Source of the DNA: an uncultured Peptoniphilaceae bacterium
GTDB lineage: Bacteria; Bacillota; Clostridia; Tissierellales; Peptoniphilaceae
Direction: 5' to 3'
Assembly: GCA_964346245.1 (NCBI GenBank)
Contig: CAYFUF010000005.1
Span: 250 to 64,249, forward strand
Length of the DNA stretch: 64,000 nt
Shown: positions 36,564 through 46,179 of the stretch, piece by piece
Layout: each line of letters begins with the position of its first letter
Numbering within the stretch: position 1 is the stretch's first letter
Translations under genes and position numbers: made by a program
The notes under the pieces: generated by a model
Seen by the model: the letters and a program-made list of their open reading frames with translations, nothing else
The model's database searches: none
What the model was told of the DNA's origin: nothing

Positions 36564-38450
36564 CTATCTTTTCAAAACAGAGTAAATCCTAAAGCTGTTG
36601 GCAATTGCCAATAAAGTTACCCCCACATCGGCAAAGACCGCTGCCCACATGGGCACGAGACCGAAGGCGGATAAGATGAGAAAGACCACTTTTATTCCTA
36701 AAGACAGGATGATATTCTGTCTCGCTATCTTCAGAGTCTCCTTAGCCAAATCCAATGCCTGCACAATGGCGGACAGATCATCATTGATAAGGACAACATC
36801 GCTCACTTCGATGGCTGCATCCGAACCGATGCCGCCCATGGCAATCGACACATCGCTTACTGCAAGGACCGGAGCATCATTTAGGCCGTCTCCAGCAAAA
36901 GCCAACTTTTCTCTATTTTGCTTACTCTTCTCTTGTACCCATCTCAACTTATCTTGTGGCAAAAGTTCGGCTTGAACTTCATCCAATTCTAAGCTAGCAG
37001 CAACCTCATCAGCAACCAGCTTGTTATCGCCCGTCAGCATGATAATCTCTTCAATGCCCAGTTGCCGCAAGTTTCCAAGAACATCTTGAGCATTCTCTTT
37101 TAGGCTGTCCTGTATGACAAAGTGACCGAGATAATTGCGTTTAGGCTCCACCTGAGCGAGGTGAATGACCGTGGCAGCTAGCTGGTGGCATGCATCTTCC
37201 CTTGCTTTCCTATCAAGCTCATATTCACTCATCATAAGCTCATTACCAAAAGCGTAGGTTTCCCCCTCAAGCCTGCCAAGGATGCCTTTACCGCTAATGC
37301 TCTCAATCTCGCTGAAACCGTTGAGACTACATGCCCCAAGGCTGTCTGCATGGCGGACGATAGCTCTTGCAATCGGATGGGTTGAGCCCAGCTCCATCTC
37401 CCTCGCTAAAGATAAGAGGGCAGTCTTATCCACCTGATCATTCACATGGAAATCCGTTACCTCAAAGTTTCCCTCGGTCAGAGTCCCTGTCTTGTCCACA
37501 GCCAGAATCTTCACTTGGCTCAGCCGTTCAAAGACATTGCCACCCTTCACCAAGATACCCATTCGAGAACCTACGCCAATACCGATGACGAAGGCCATAG
37601 GCACTGAAATAACAAACGCACAAGGACAAGAGATAACAAGGAAGGTCAACCCCCTGATGAACCAATCTTGGGAAAAGCCAAGCCCCATAGCGAAGGGAAC
37701 AAGAAAGGCAATCACGATAGCCAAAGCGACGACAATCGGCGTGTAAATCTTGGCAAACCTAGTAATAAATGATTCCGTTTTCGCCTTATTCTCCGTTGCC
37801 TCCTCAATGAGCTCAACGATGCGATTTGCGGTAGAGTCTGAAGCAGCAGCTGTCGCCCTGATGACCAGGCGTCCTTCCCCATTGATTGAACCCGATAGAA
37901 TCTTGTCTCCAGGTTCCACCGCCTTGGGATAAGATTCCCCAGTCAAGGCAGATGTATCTAAGGAGCTCTTACCCTCCACCACCAATCCATCGACAGGAAC
38001 CCTTTCCCCTGAACGCACCTCCAAAAGGTTACCCACCTCGATTTCGTCTGGATCCACTTCAACTCTCTTGTTTCCATCTAAGCGGTAGGCAACGGGGGCA
38101 ATAATGTCCATCAAATCGGCTATCGATTGCCGTGAACGTTCGACTGCCCTTTCCTGTAAAAGTTCGCCAATCTGATAGAGGACCATTACCATGGCAGCCT
38201 CCATATACTCGCCTATAGCCAAAGCGCCGATGGTAGCAATACTCATCAAAAAATGCTCCGCGAAGAGGAGCTTATTTCTCACATTGATAGCTGCTTGAAG
38301 GACAACATCAATACCAGCAATGAGCCAAGCTCCTACGTAAAGAATACCTGTTATGATGACGTGACTGCCAAAAAAATCCAAAGCTAAGCCAAGCACCGTG
38401 AGGATTGCCCCCGCAAGCACCCTCTGCCTTCTCGTTTCTTCTAGTCTCAT
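36564..38450 (-). CDS. P1B-type heavy-metal (Zn/Cd/Co-like) translocating ATPase without N-terminal metal-binding domain
   Basis: 628 aa with the transmembrane CPC motif (VISCPCAFVISVP), DKTGTLT, STHPIA and GDGLNDAP. The first TM helix starts within about 10 aa of the N-terminus. ATG 38450 forms an ATGA overlap with the stop of the HMA gene. Confidence 0.9.
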   Translation of the reverse strand: MRLEETRRQRVLAGAILTVLGLALDFFGSHVIITGILYVGAWLIAGIDVVLQAAINVRNKLLFAEHFLMSIATIGALAIGEYMEAAMVMVLYQIGELLQERAVERSRQSIADLMDIIAPVAYRLDGNKRVEVDPDEIEVGNLLEVRSGERVPVDGLVVEGKSSLDTSALTGESYPKAVEPGDKILSGSINGEGRLVIRATAAASDSTANRIVELIEEATENKAKTESFITRFAKIYTPIVVALAIVIAFLVPFAMGLGFSQDWFIRGLTFLVISCPCAFVISVPMAFVIGIGVGSRMGILVKGGNVFERLSQVKILAVDKTGTLTEGNFEVTDFHVNDQVDKTALLSLAREMELGSTHPIARAIVRHADSLGACSLNGFSEIESISGKGILGRLEGETYAFGNELMMSEYELDRKAREDACHQLAATVIHLAQVEPKRNYLGHFVIQDSLKENAQDVLGNLRQLGIEEIIMLTGDNKLVADEVAASLELDEVQAELLPQDKLRWVQEKSKQNREKLAFAGDGLNDAPVLAVSDVSIAMGGIGSDAAIEVSDVVLINDDLSAIVQALDLAKETLKIARQNIILSLGIKVVFLILSAFGLVPMWAAVFADVGVTLLAIANSFRIYSVLKR

Positions 38451-38662
38451 TGGATTTTACAGTAGGGTTCTATGGAGGAGACGATCTTTTGCAGGTCTTC
38501 TTTAGCGGGCATATCTTCTGTCGAATCTGCCTCAATCGTCAACTTTGCTAGCATAAAGTTTACCTTAGCAGACTTCACGCCTTCTACACGCATGATGGCT
38601 TCTTGCATCTTGCTTGCACAATTTGCACAGCCCAGTTTTTCCAATCGATATACTTTCTTCAT
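38447..38662 (-). CDS. Stand-alone heavy-metal-associated (HMA) domain protein
   Basis: 71 aa with the ferredoxin-like HMA fold signature LEKLGCANCASKM (CxxC). Confidence 0.85.
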   Translation of the reverse strand: MKKVYRLEKLGCANCASKMQEAIMRVEGVKSAKVNFMLAKLTIEADSTEDMPAKEDLQKIVSSIEPYCKIQ

Positions 38663-38679
38663 CGCTTACTCCTAAAGTT

Positions 38680-39042
38680 CTACTCTTCGTTTATAGCAAA
38701 TTTATCTTCCAGTAAATGCTCGACACCTTGAGTGATAATACTGATAACGTGTGCATCTGATAGATAATAGTAAATGTATTTACCATCCCGTCTAGTCCTC
38801 ACCAGATCATTTTGCCTGAGGACTTTTAACTGGTGAGAAATCGCAGAAGTGGACATGTTCAGTGTTTGGGCAATATCTGAAACATTCATTTCACTAATCC
38901 GCAAGAGCATCAGTATCTGCATCCTTGTTGAGTCGCCAAAAACGGCAAAGAAATCTGCGAGTTTAATGATTAGCTCCTCATTCTCCATCTGCTCATTAAG
39001 GTCTTGAAACGCCTTATCGGTTAACGGTTCTTTGTAAGCCAT
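38680..39042 (-). CDS. ArsR/SmtB-family metalloregulator, CzrA-like (alpha5 site)
   Basis: 120 aa. The HTH is VSDIAQTLNMSTSAISHQLKVLRQ. The alpha5 ligand pattern D-x-H-x10-H-x2-E is present (SDAHVISIITQGVEHLLE). It has no alpha3 Cys motif and no Cys at all. Confidence 0.85.
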   Translation of the reverse strand: MAYKEPLTDKAFQDLNEQMENEELIIKLADFFAVFGDSTRMQILMLLRISEMNVSDIAQTLNMSTSAISHQLKVLRQNDLVRTRRDGKYIYYYLSDAHVISIITQGVEHLLEDKFAINEE

Positions 39043-39094
39043 ATCCTCTCCTTTTGTGCTTAGATAATGGGTAGGTTTTTATTCCTTCATTTGC

Positions 39095-39143
39095 ACACAT
39101 GTTCAAGTGTATTAAGTATAGGCTACAATTATTTGCTTGTCAA
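39095..39143 (-). promoter_or_regulatory. Promoter and candidate operator of the metal-efflux operon
   Basis: Minus strand reads TTGACA-17 nt-TATACT. It is followed by the imperfect inverted repeat ACACTTG-AA-CATGTGT (39095..39110) around the expected transcription start. Confidence 0.55.
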
Positions 39144-39147
39144 CAGC

Positions 39148-39173
39148 AAAAAAGACCCACTTCAATCGGGTCT
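39148..39173 (-). terminator. Intrinsic terminator after trkH
   Basis: AGACCC-9 nt-GGGTCT followed by T6 on the minus strand. Confidence 0.6.
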
Positions 39174-39208
39174 TCTGTGCTTATTCATTAATGAGTTTCC
39201 ACTCAAAA

Positions 39209-40687
39209 CTATAGGTCTCGCCTACTTTGCCTTCGTAAACTACCCCGTTTCAACCAGTTAAAGGGGTTGAATAGCACTAGAACGGGAATAATTTCCAGAC
39301 GGCCGATATACATAATGAAGCTTAAGAGGACCTTGGAAAAATCGCTAAACCAAGAATAGTTCTGGGTAGCCCCTACCGCATTGATTCCTGGACCCACGTT
39401 ATTGATGGTCGCCAATATGGTAGAAAAAGCCGACAGAAAGTTGGGTGAATCAAGAGAGATCAATAGCAGGGATATACCAAAGACGAAGATATAGAGGGCA
39501 AAAAAGTTCAATACCGACCTCAGTGTCTTCTTATCCAGAATCTGTCCCTCATAGCTTATCGCTTGGACTCGACTTGGATTCTTCGCATACTTGATCTCTG
39601 CCCTAGCTGTCTTAATGAGAATGAGAATCCGGCTCACCTTCACACCACCAGCGGTAGACCCCGCCATACCACCGACAAACATGAGCCCCATCAAGATGAT
39701 ATGGGAAAATAAGGGCCACATATCGTAATCAACCGTAATATAGGTAGTCGTTGTTATGAAGGAAGTAACTGTGAAACTGACATCCCGAAAGAGGGTCATG
39801 ATGCTCTCATACTGACTTGCAATATTAATCATGATGAGAATAATCGAGCTGATCAGGATAACAAAGTAAGCCTTCAGTTCCTCACTCTTGAAGATATCCT
39901 TAGCCCGCCCCAGCATAATCAAATAGTAGAGGTGGAAGTTTATACCAAAGAGTAGCATGGCAATACCGACAACAACTTCAGAATAGACATCGTCATAGAA
40001 GAACATGCTTGCGTTTTTAATCGCAAAGCCCCCCGTTCCTGCTGCGCCAAAGATATGGAGGATGGAGTCGAAGAGGTCCATAGGACCTAAAGCTAAGATA
40101 ACGATGAAAAAGAGGGTCATCACCAAATAAATCCGATACAAGATCTTAGCTGTATCCGAAATCTTGCTGGCTAATTTACCAAAGGTTGGACCCGTAGCTT
40201 CCACCTTCATGACCTGGGTCATATTGCTACCTGAAGCAGGCAGAATAGCAAGAGCAAAGACGACCACACCTAGGCCCCCAATAAACAGGGTAAAACTCCG
40301 CCAAAAGAGGATCGATTTGCTGATGACTTCCACGTTAGGAATGACCGTTGAGCCCGTCGTGGTAAATCCAGACATGGTCTCAAAGAAGCTATCGACAAAA
40401 CTGGGTAGCGTCCCCGAAATCAGATAAGGCAAGGAGCCAAAAAGTGAGTAGACAAGCCAAACTAAGGCGGTGATAACCAAAGCCTCCTGGGCGCCTAAAA
40501 AATCATTATACTTGCTTGTAGTAATATAGCGGCCTGCTGAAAAGCTAAGCACGATGGGAATGATGAAGCTCAATTGGTAGCGTAACTCCTCTCGATAGAG
40601 GATAGAGACCAAGAGTGGTCCTATCAAGAGTAGAGCCAGCAGTTGGAGTAGCCTGCCAATAGTATTGCGAATTATTGAGGTATTCAT
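39209..40687 (-). CDS. trkH: TrkH-family potassium uptake membrane subunit
   Basis: 492-aa polytopic protein with repeated selectivity-filter-like TGFTTTG/GTGG segments (SGFTTTGSTV, GAAGTGGF, GGMAGSTAGG). It overlaps trkA by 4 nt. Confidence 0.88.
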   Translation of the reverse strand: MNTSIIRNTIGRLLQLLALLLIGPLLVSILYREELRYQLSFIIPIVLSFSAGRYITTSKYNDFLGAQEALVITALVWLVYSLFGSLPYLISGTLPSFVDSFFETMSGFTTTGSTVIPNVEVISKSILFWRSFTLFIGGLGVVVFALAILPASGSNMTQVMKVEATGPTFGKLASKISDTAKILYRIYLVMTLFFIVILALGPMDLFDSILHIFGAAGTGGFAIKNASMFFYDDVYSEVVVGIAMLLFGINFHLYYLIMLGRAKDIFKSEELKAYFVILISSIILIMINIASQYESIMTLFRDVSFTVTSFITTTTYITVDYDMWPLFSHIILMGLMFVGGMAGSTAGGVKVSRILILIKTARAEIKYAKNPSRVQAISYEGQILDKKTLRSVLNFFALYIFVFGISLLLISLDSPNFLSAFSTILATINNVGPGINAVGATQNYSWFSDFSKVLLSFIMYIGRLEIIPVLVLFNPFNWLKRGSLRRQSRRDL

Positions 40688-42033
40688 TCAGCCAAAATCT
40701 CGTTGATATCCGAGAGTTTCTGGGTGGTAATAACGATAACGCTATCCCCTAGCTCAATCGTATCATTACCGGAAGGTAGAATTAGTTCATCCTGGCGGAG
40801 GATGTAACAGATCAGCGTATTATCCTTCATGTTCATCTCTTTGAGCGGTTTGCCCGTTACTTCAGCCCCCTGGTTAACACAAAACTGGTTGACCTCAATC
40901 TGATTTCCTTCCAATCGGTGAAATTCCTCAATGCTGGATACATCTTCTCTTTCCATGGACCGAACAATGCGAACAATCTGGTCGGCAATGAGGGATTGAG
41001 GAGATATGACGGAGAAGAGTTCCAAGTCATTTAGGAGTTGGTAGATATCACTTCTGGACACCTTGGTTATTGTCCGGTTTATGCCCATCGTGGAGGCGGT
41101 CCACGACAGGACCATATTCTCCTCATCGATATCCGTCAGCGCAATCAAAATATCATAGTTTAAGATGCCTTGCTGGCGAAGTATATCCTTATCCGACCCG
41201 TCAGCCCACACAATCTCCTGGTGAGGGTAACGGTTGGCTAAGTCCTCCGCTACTTTTTGATCAATTTCAATAATCTTGAAGTCAATCTTCCGCCTATCTA
41301 AAATATCCGCTAAATAGCGCGTTATCCGCCCACCGCCGACTAAGATGGCAGAAGAAATCTCCTCGTCTTCTCCCACGTCCTTGAAGAAGTGATCTAAGGC
41401 AGCTAGGCTTCCAGTGATATAGATGGAGTCATCAGGTCCAATCCGGTCCCCACCCTTTGGGATGACCACCCCATCCGCCTTGACGATAGCGCCAACAATA
41501 ATCTTGGGATAGCGGGAACGGAAGGTGATCATATCTAGGCCCACAAGTTTCTCATTGCCAAAGATTTGAAACTCCAATAAGTTGACTCGGTTCCTTGCTA
41601 ATTTGACCACCGAATCTGCTAAAGGGAAGGTAATATCGTAAGCAATATGTATGGCAGCCAGGTAGTCTGGATTGATTATCATGGAAATACCTAAGGTTTC
41701 CTGCAACATCTGAGTCAACCTGTGGTAATCCTCGTTTCTTGATCTGATGATAGTCATCCCAGCGCCCAGTTTCTTTGCTATCATACCAGACAGCATGTTC
41801 ACTTCATCATAAGAAGTCACCGCTACAAAGATATCGCAGTCCGCTACACCCGCTTCAATCAATGTGTCATAGTTGGTCCCACTACCGATTACCCCAGCGA
41901 TATCCATCCAGTCCATCATCGCCTGAACAAGATTGGCATCCGTATCGATAACGACAAGGTCGTGCCCCTCCTCATGGAGGTCCCTGCATAATATTGTTCC
42001 AACCTTACCGGCTCCGACGATTACTATTCTCAT
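40684..42033 (-). CDS. trkA: TrkA potassium uptake regulatory subunit (two RCK/NAD-binding halves)
   Basis: 449 aa with IVGAGKVG at the N-terminus and a second Rossmann motif, ILVGGGRITRYLA, at about residue 230. Confidence 0.9.
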   Translation of the reverse strand: MRIVIVGAGKVGTILCRDLHEEGHDLVVIDTDANLVQAMMDWMDIAGVIGSGTNYDTLIEAGVADCDIFVAVTSYDEVNMLSGMIAKKLGAGMTIIRSRNEDYHRLTQMLQETLGISMIINPDYLAAIHIAYDITFPLADSVVKLARNRVNLLEFQIFGNEKLVGLDMITFRSRYPKIIVGAIVKADGVVIPKGGDRIGPDDSIYITGSLAALDHFFKDVGEDEEISSAILVGGGRITRYLADILDRRKIDFKIIEIDQKVAEDLANRYPHQEIVWADGSDKDILRQQGILNYDILIALTDIDEENMVLSWTASTMGINRTITKVSRSDIYQLLNDLELFSVISPQSLIADQIVRIVRSMEREDVSSIEEFHRLEGNQIEVNQFCVNQGAEVTGKPLKEMNMKDNTLICYILRQDELILPSGNDTIELGDSVIVITTQKLSDINEILAE

Positions 42034-42470
42034 CTTCTTCCTCTATCCCTCTTCAGGCCTTCTTCCTTCTCGTTGAATACGAAGTATTTGCTTACCACAT
42101 AGTTCATCACAATGACAAACACTTGAGCAACGGTCTTGACCCACAGGTCGTACTTGCCCAAGCCTAGCAGGTCAATACCGACCCACATGATAGCCATATC
42201 CACCGCCAACGATAGAACTCTGCCCACAATGAAGCGTATAAATTCTACAGTCTGGGCAAACTTACCCTGCGTGTGGCTTTGAAAAACCCACCTTCTGTTG
42301 GTATAAAAGGCAAATAAGACAGCAAAGAGCCAAGCTAAGGCATTAGAGACCAAATAGTCAATCCCCAACAAGCGGTTTGAAACGATATAGACGATATAGT
42401 TAACAATCGTTGTCAGCACCCCAAAAAAAAGGTAGCTGACAACCTCTCTCTTCTCTTGTAACCACTTCAT
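42030..42470 (-). CDS. GtrA-family membrane protein
   Basis: 146 aa with 4 TM helices and the GtrA-like pattern (FFGVLTTIVNYIVY...NRRWVF...VVSKYFVF). It overlaps trkA by 4 nt. Confidence 0.75.
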   Translation of the reverse strand: MKWLQEKREVVSYLFFGVLTTIVNYIVYIVSNRLLGIDYLVSNALAWLFAVLFAFYTNRRWVFQSHTQGKFAQTVEFIRFIVGRVLSLAVDMAIMWVGIDLLGLGKYDLWVKTVAQVFVIVMNYVVSKYFVFNEKEEGLKRDRGRR

Positions 42471-42478
42471 ACCAGCTC

Positions 42479-42940
42479 CTAATAGTCTCTCATCGATCTT
42501 TCTATCCGTCTCTTGTCGTCTTTTTCACGCAAAGTCTGCCTCTTATCGTAGAGCTTTTTACCTTTGGCAATAGCAATATCAAACTTAACCAAACCTCTGC
42601 GTATATTCAAGGATAGCGGGATTATCGTGTAACCATCACGGGTAATTGCCTCTTCCAACTCCCTTATTTCCTTTTTATGCAAAAGCAAGCGACGGTCACG
42701 AACAGGGTCAACATTATAAATGTTGCCCTGCTCATAGGGGCTGATATGCATACCGACAATCCAAGCTTGGCCATGATGGATGTTGACATAGCTCTCCTGT
42801 ATGGAGGCCTTCCCCTGGCGTATGCTCTTAACCTCGGTACCCTTCAGCTCGATGCCCGCCTCATAAGTCTTCTCGATAAAGTACTCATGTTTTGCTTTCT
42901 TATTATTTACTACCTGTCTGTTTCCTGGTGTCTTCGTCAT
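42479..42940 (-). CDS. smpB: SsrA-binding protein SmpB
   Basis: 153 aa: NKKAKHEYFIEKTYEAGIELKGTEVKSIR...LLLHKKEI... Confidence 0.95.
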   Translation of the reverse strand: MTKTPGNRQVVNNKKAKHEYFIEKTYEAGIELKGTEVKSIRQGKASIQESYVNIHHGQAWIVGMHISPYEQGNIYNVDPVRDRRLLLHKKEIRELEEAITRDGYTIIPLSLNIRRGLVKFDIAIAKGKKLYDKRQTLREKDDKRRIERSMRDY

Positions 42941-42962
42941 AACTCACTTTACCTATCTCGTC

Positions 42963-45617
42963 CTACCTTTTATTTCGTTTCTTCTTCCGAAAACTCTTGT
43001 TGGATAGGCGGTTGCGGTGGCCGCTCTCGCCTTTCTTTCTCGCTTCATTGCTGGAAGAAATCTTTCCGCCTGTCCAATTCTTTGGTCTTTGCCCAGAATC
43101 TCTTACGCTAGGATTGCGCCTTCTGCGCTGCTGCGTGCTGCTATCCTTGCTGCTATAGTGGTTATTGTTCTGGTCCGACAAGAGGTGAAAGTCAATTTCC
43201 CGCAACTCAGGATTTGACCGAACTAACTGAACTTCAACCTTGTCTCCGTAATGAATCTGCCGTTTTGTGCGTTCACCCCTGACGACGAAGCGGTCCTCAT
43301 CGTAAGTGTAATAGTCGTCGGTCATATCTCTAAAGTGAACTAAGCCTTCAACCGTATTCTCCAGCATGATAAAGATGCCGAAATTAGTCAAGGAGGACAC
43401 AATACCCGTGAAAGTTTGACCCACATACTGCTGCATGTATTCTGCCGTCTTCATGTCAACAGCATCTCGCTCGGCATCCTCCGCTTTAACCTCTGTGTCA
43501 GAGATGTGCTGGCATTGGTACTCCAAGTTGTTAATCTCTTTGTCGCCCTTGTGGACCGGCTCTCCTGCCAATAGTTTCTTCAGCAAGCGGTGAGCAATCA
43601 CATCGGAATAGCGGCGAATAGGCGCAGTAAAGTGAGAATAGTGGTCAATAGCAAGTCCAAAGTGCATGCCTGGTCTTGGACTGTAATGAGCCTTGGACAT
43701 GCTCTGTAAGACCAGCATGTTCAAAATATCCTCTTCTTTCTTTCCTCTTGCTAGCTCAAGAATTCGGCGTAGCTCCTCGGGTTCAGGCTGTGGAGACACT
43801 GGTTCATATTGGAAAGCGTAGAGCGCCCTATTCAGCCTTTCTACTCGGTCCTCATTGGGTTCATCGTGGACCCTATAAATGTAAGGTAACTTCTTGCTAT
43901 CGAAATAGGAACCTATGGTTTGGTTATTCAAAATCATGAACTCTTCAATGATCTTATTGGATACCCGTCTGATTTCCCTGCCCACATAAGTTGGTTCGCC
44001 TTCTTCATTCAGGACAACATGGGTCTCTGGGAACTCGAAATCAATCGTTCCTCTTCGCTCTCTTTTTTCCGCCAAAATTTCGTAAATCTCGTACATGGTA
44101 TCCAGCTCTTTATAGAGTTGTTCGTTGTCATCGAACCTCGTCCCATTCTCCAAGTAATCCGATACCTTATCGTAGACCAAGCGGTGGTCCGAATTGATTA
44201 CGCTAGGATAGAATTGGAAGTCAACAATCTTTCCATCGTTGTTGATGGTCACTTGGGTGGTCATGGTGAGGCGGTCTTCGCCTGGCAATAATGAGCACAG
44301 CCCATTGGATAGCTCTTCTGGCAACATGGGGATTACCCGGTCCAAGAGATACACGGAGTTGCCTCGTTCAAACGCATCCTTATCCAAAGCTGAACCTGGT
44401 CTCAAGTAATGAGCCACATCAGCAATATGGACATAGAGGTTATAGAACTTGCCCCTTTTCTCCACACTAATTGCATCGTCAAAGTCCTTAGCATCAGCTC
44501 CATCGATGGTCACCGTAAACTTCTTCCGTAAATCCTTACGGTTTCTCCGATCTTTAGGGCTTACCTCTGTAGGTAGCTGGCTGACCTCTTGCATCGTCTG
44601 AGCAGAGAACTGATAAGGCAAGTCAAAGCGACGAGCAATCGCTGTAATGTCGACACCTTTTGCATTCACATTTCCTAATACTTCAACGATGTGCCCTTCA
44701 GGATTAGAAAACTCCTTCTCGTACTTGTCGATGGCAACAACGACCTTATCGTTGTTCCTTGCCCCATTCTCGTTGGCCTGGTCAATGTAGATATCCTTGA
44801 AATAGTTCTTGTCATCGGGAAGAACAAAGCCGAAACCGTTTCTCTTCTCGTAGGTTCCAACGATGGTATCCTTATTTCTTTCCAGTACATGGGTAACGAC
44901 ACCCTCCTGCCTGAAACCTCGATCAGGATCAGCCTGTCTGGTCAGTTTGACACGAACCGTATCGCCATGCAGGGCACCGTTCATTCCTTCTGCCGAAATG
45001 TAGGTGTCTGACAATTCTGGATTGCTGGAAACAAAGAAACCAAAGCCCTTCTGATTACCCTTTAGCTTGCCTTCATTATCCTTTAGGACCCTTTCCTCTT
45101 TTTCGAAAGTCTCTTCTGACGCTACCGATAAGTCTTCTCCTGCAAGGGCATCATCTGTCGTCCCCTCTTGGTCTACTTGCTCTTCAAGAACTTCCTCGGC
45201 TTCAATCATTCGACCTTCTTCCAGTAAACTTTCCACTTCCTTTGATGTTTCTTCATCTGCCCACTGGTCAACAGGAGCTGTATAGGCAATGTCGAAATCT
45301 AGAGCGCTATCCCTTCTCCTCTTCTTTTTCGCTTTCTTTGTTTTCTCTTTCTTATCCGCTACAGGTTCAACTACCTTTTTATCCTCAGCCTCTTCGCTCG
45401 TCGTATCCTCTGAAACACTGCTAAGCCCGTTGCCTGGTCGAATCTTTCCTCTTTTGGACATTTTGATTTGGCCGCTCATGAGCAAATCATCAATAATGTC
45501 ATAGAGCTCTGCCCGCTCCACCCCTCTTAAGCCAAACCGATCTGCTACTTCCTTCATTCGCAGGGGTACATAATTATCGCTGTTAAAATATGACAACAAT
45601 AAATCTTTTATATTCAT
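42963..45617 (-). CDS. rnr: Ribonuclease R with a charged N-terminal insert and basic C-terminal tail
   Basis: 884 aa. It has an N-terminal HTH, cold-shock domains (KGFGFFVSS, NGFGFVLPDD), an RNB domain (TIDGADAKDFDDAISV, HFGL...YSHFTAPIRRYSD), an S1 domain, and a Lys/Arg-rich tail. Confidence 0.92.
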   Translation of the reverse strand: MNIKDLLLSYFNSDNYVPLRMKEVADRFGLRGVERAELYDIIDDLLMSGQIKMSKRGKIRPGNGLSSVSEDTTSEEAEDKKVVEPVADKKEKTKKAKKKRRRDSALDFDIAYTAPVDQWADEETSKEVESLLEEGRMIEAEEVLEEQVDQEGTTDDALAGEDLSVASEETFEKEERVLKDNEGKLKGNQKGFGFFVSSNPELSDTYISAEGMNGALHGDTVRVKLTRQADPDRGFRQEGVVTHVLERNKDTIVGTYEKRNGFGFVLPDDKNYFKDIYIDQANENGARNNDKVVVAIDKYEKEFSNPEGHIVEVLGNVNAKGVDITAIARRFDLPYQFSAQTMQEVSQLPTEVSPKDRRNRKDLRKKFTVTIDGADAKDFDDAISVEKRGKFYNLYVHIADVAHYLRPGSALDKDAFERGNSVYLLDRVIPMLPEELSNGLCSLLPGEDRLTMTTQVTINNDGKIVDFQFYPSVINSDHRLVYDKVSDYLENGTRFDDNEQLYKELDTMYEIYEILAEKRERRGTIDFEFPETHVVLNEEGEPTYVGREIRRVSNKIIEEFMILNNQTIGSYFDSKKLPYIYRVHDEPNEDRVERLNRALYAFQYEPVSPQPEPEELRRILELARGKKEEDILNMLVLQSMSKAHYSPRPGMHFGLAIDHYSHFTAPIRRYSDVIAHRLLKKLLAGEPVHKGDKEINNLEYQCQHISDTEVKAEDAERDAVDMKTAEYMQQYVGQTFTGIVSSLTNFGIFIMLENTVEGLVHFRDMTDDYYTYDEDRFVVRGERTKRQIHYGDKVEVQLVRSNPELREIDFHLLSDQNNNHYSSKDSSTQQRRRRNPSVRDSGQRPKNWTGGKISSSNEARKKGESGHRNRLSNKSFRKKKRNKR

Positions 45618-45763
45618 TTCTTCCGTCCTGTCTAGCCAACTGGCTATTCTTCCATAACTTCTCTCACCGTCTTTCGGTCTCGATTATTACCACTTCTTAC
45701 TTACCCTATTATAACAAAGAAATATGAGGGCAACCTAAGCCTGTCAATAAATACTGCTTAGAC

Positions 45764-45803
45764 AAAAAAAGAGCCTGCCAGAATAGTATTATTCTGACAG
45801 ACT
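45764..45803 (-). terminator. Intrinsic terminator after secG
   Basis: CTGTCAGAAT-6 nt-ATTCTGGCAG (one mismatch) followed by GCTCTTTTTTT on the minus strand. Confidence 0.65.
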
Positions 45804-45836
45804 CCCTCAGTTTAATCTTTTATATCCGATAACTTA

Positions 45837-46064
45837 TTAGAGGATAATCAGTGCGATTAAGCAAACTCCAGCCAAGATACCTGCAAAACTCATCGCTTTA
45901 TTTAGCATCTTCTCTCTTGCTTGGTGAGCGGTAGATCCGAAAGCACCACCATCCTGAGCATAAGTTGTTCCAGCACCTTGAGTCTTTGGTTCCATCATCA
46001 ATGAAATTAAAATTACTACTACACTTAAAATAGCTAGAATAGCGATTACTATATTTTGCAACAT
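45837..46064 (-). CDS. secG: Preprotein translocase subunit SecG
   Basis: Start trimmed to ATG 46064 (MLQNIVIAILAILSVVVILISLMMEPKTQG), giving 75 aa with two TM helices. Confidence 0.85.
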   Translation of the reverse strand: MLQNIVIAILAILSVVVILISLMMEPKTQGAGTTYAQDGGAFGSTAHQAREKMLNKAMSFAGILAGVCLIALIIL

Positions 46065-46179
46065 TCTATCACCTCTTCTCCTCTTATTAACTCGCAATAG
46101 AAGCGAGTTATCTAAAAATTCATACATGATAGTTTATCAAAGAATGAAGAAACATGCAAGATTAAGCCAGCTTTTCTCC

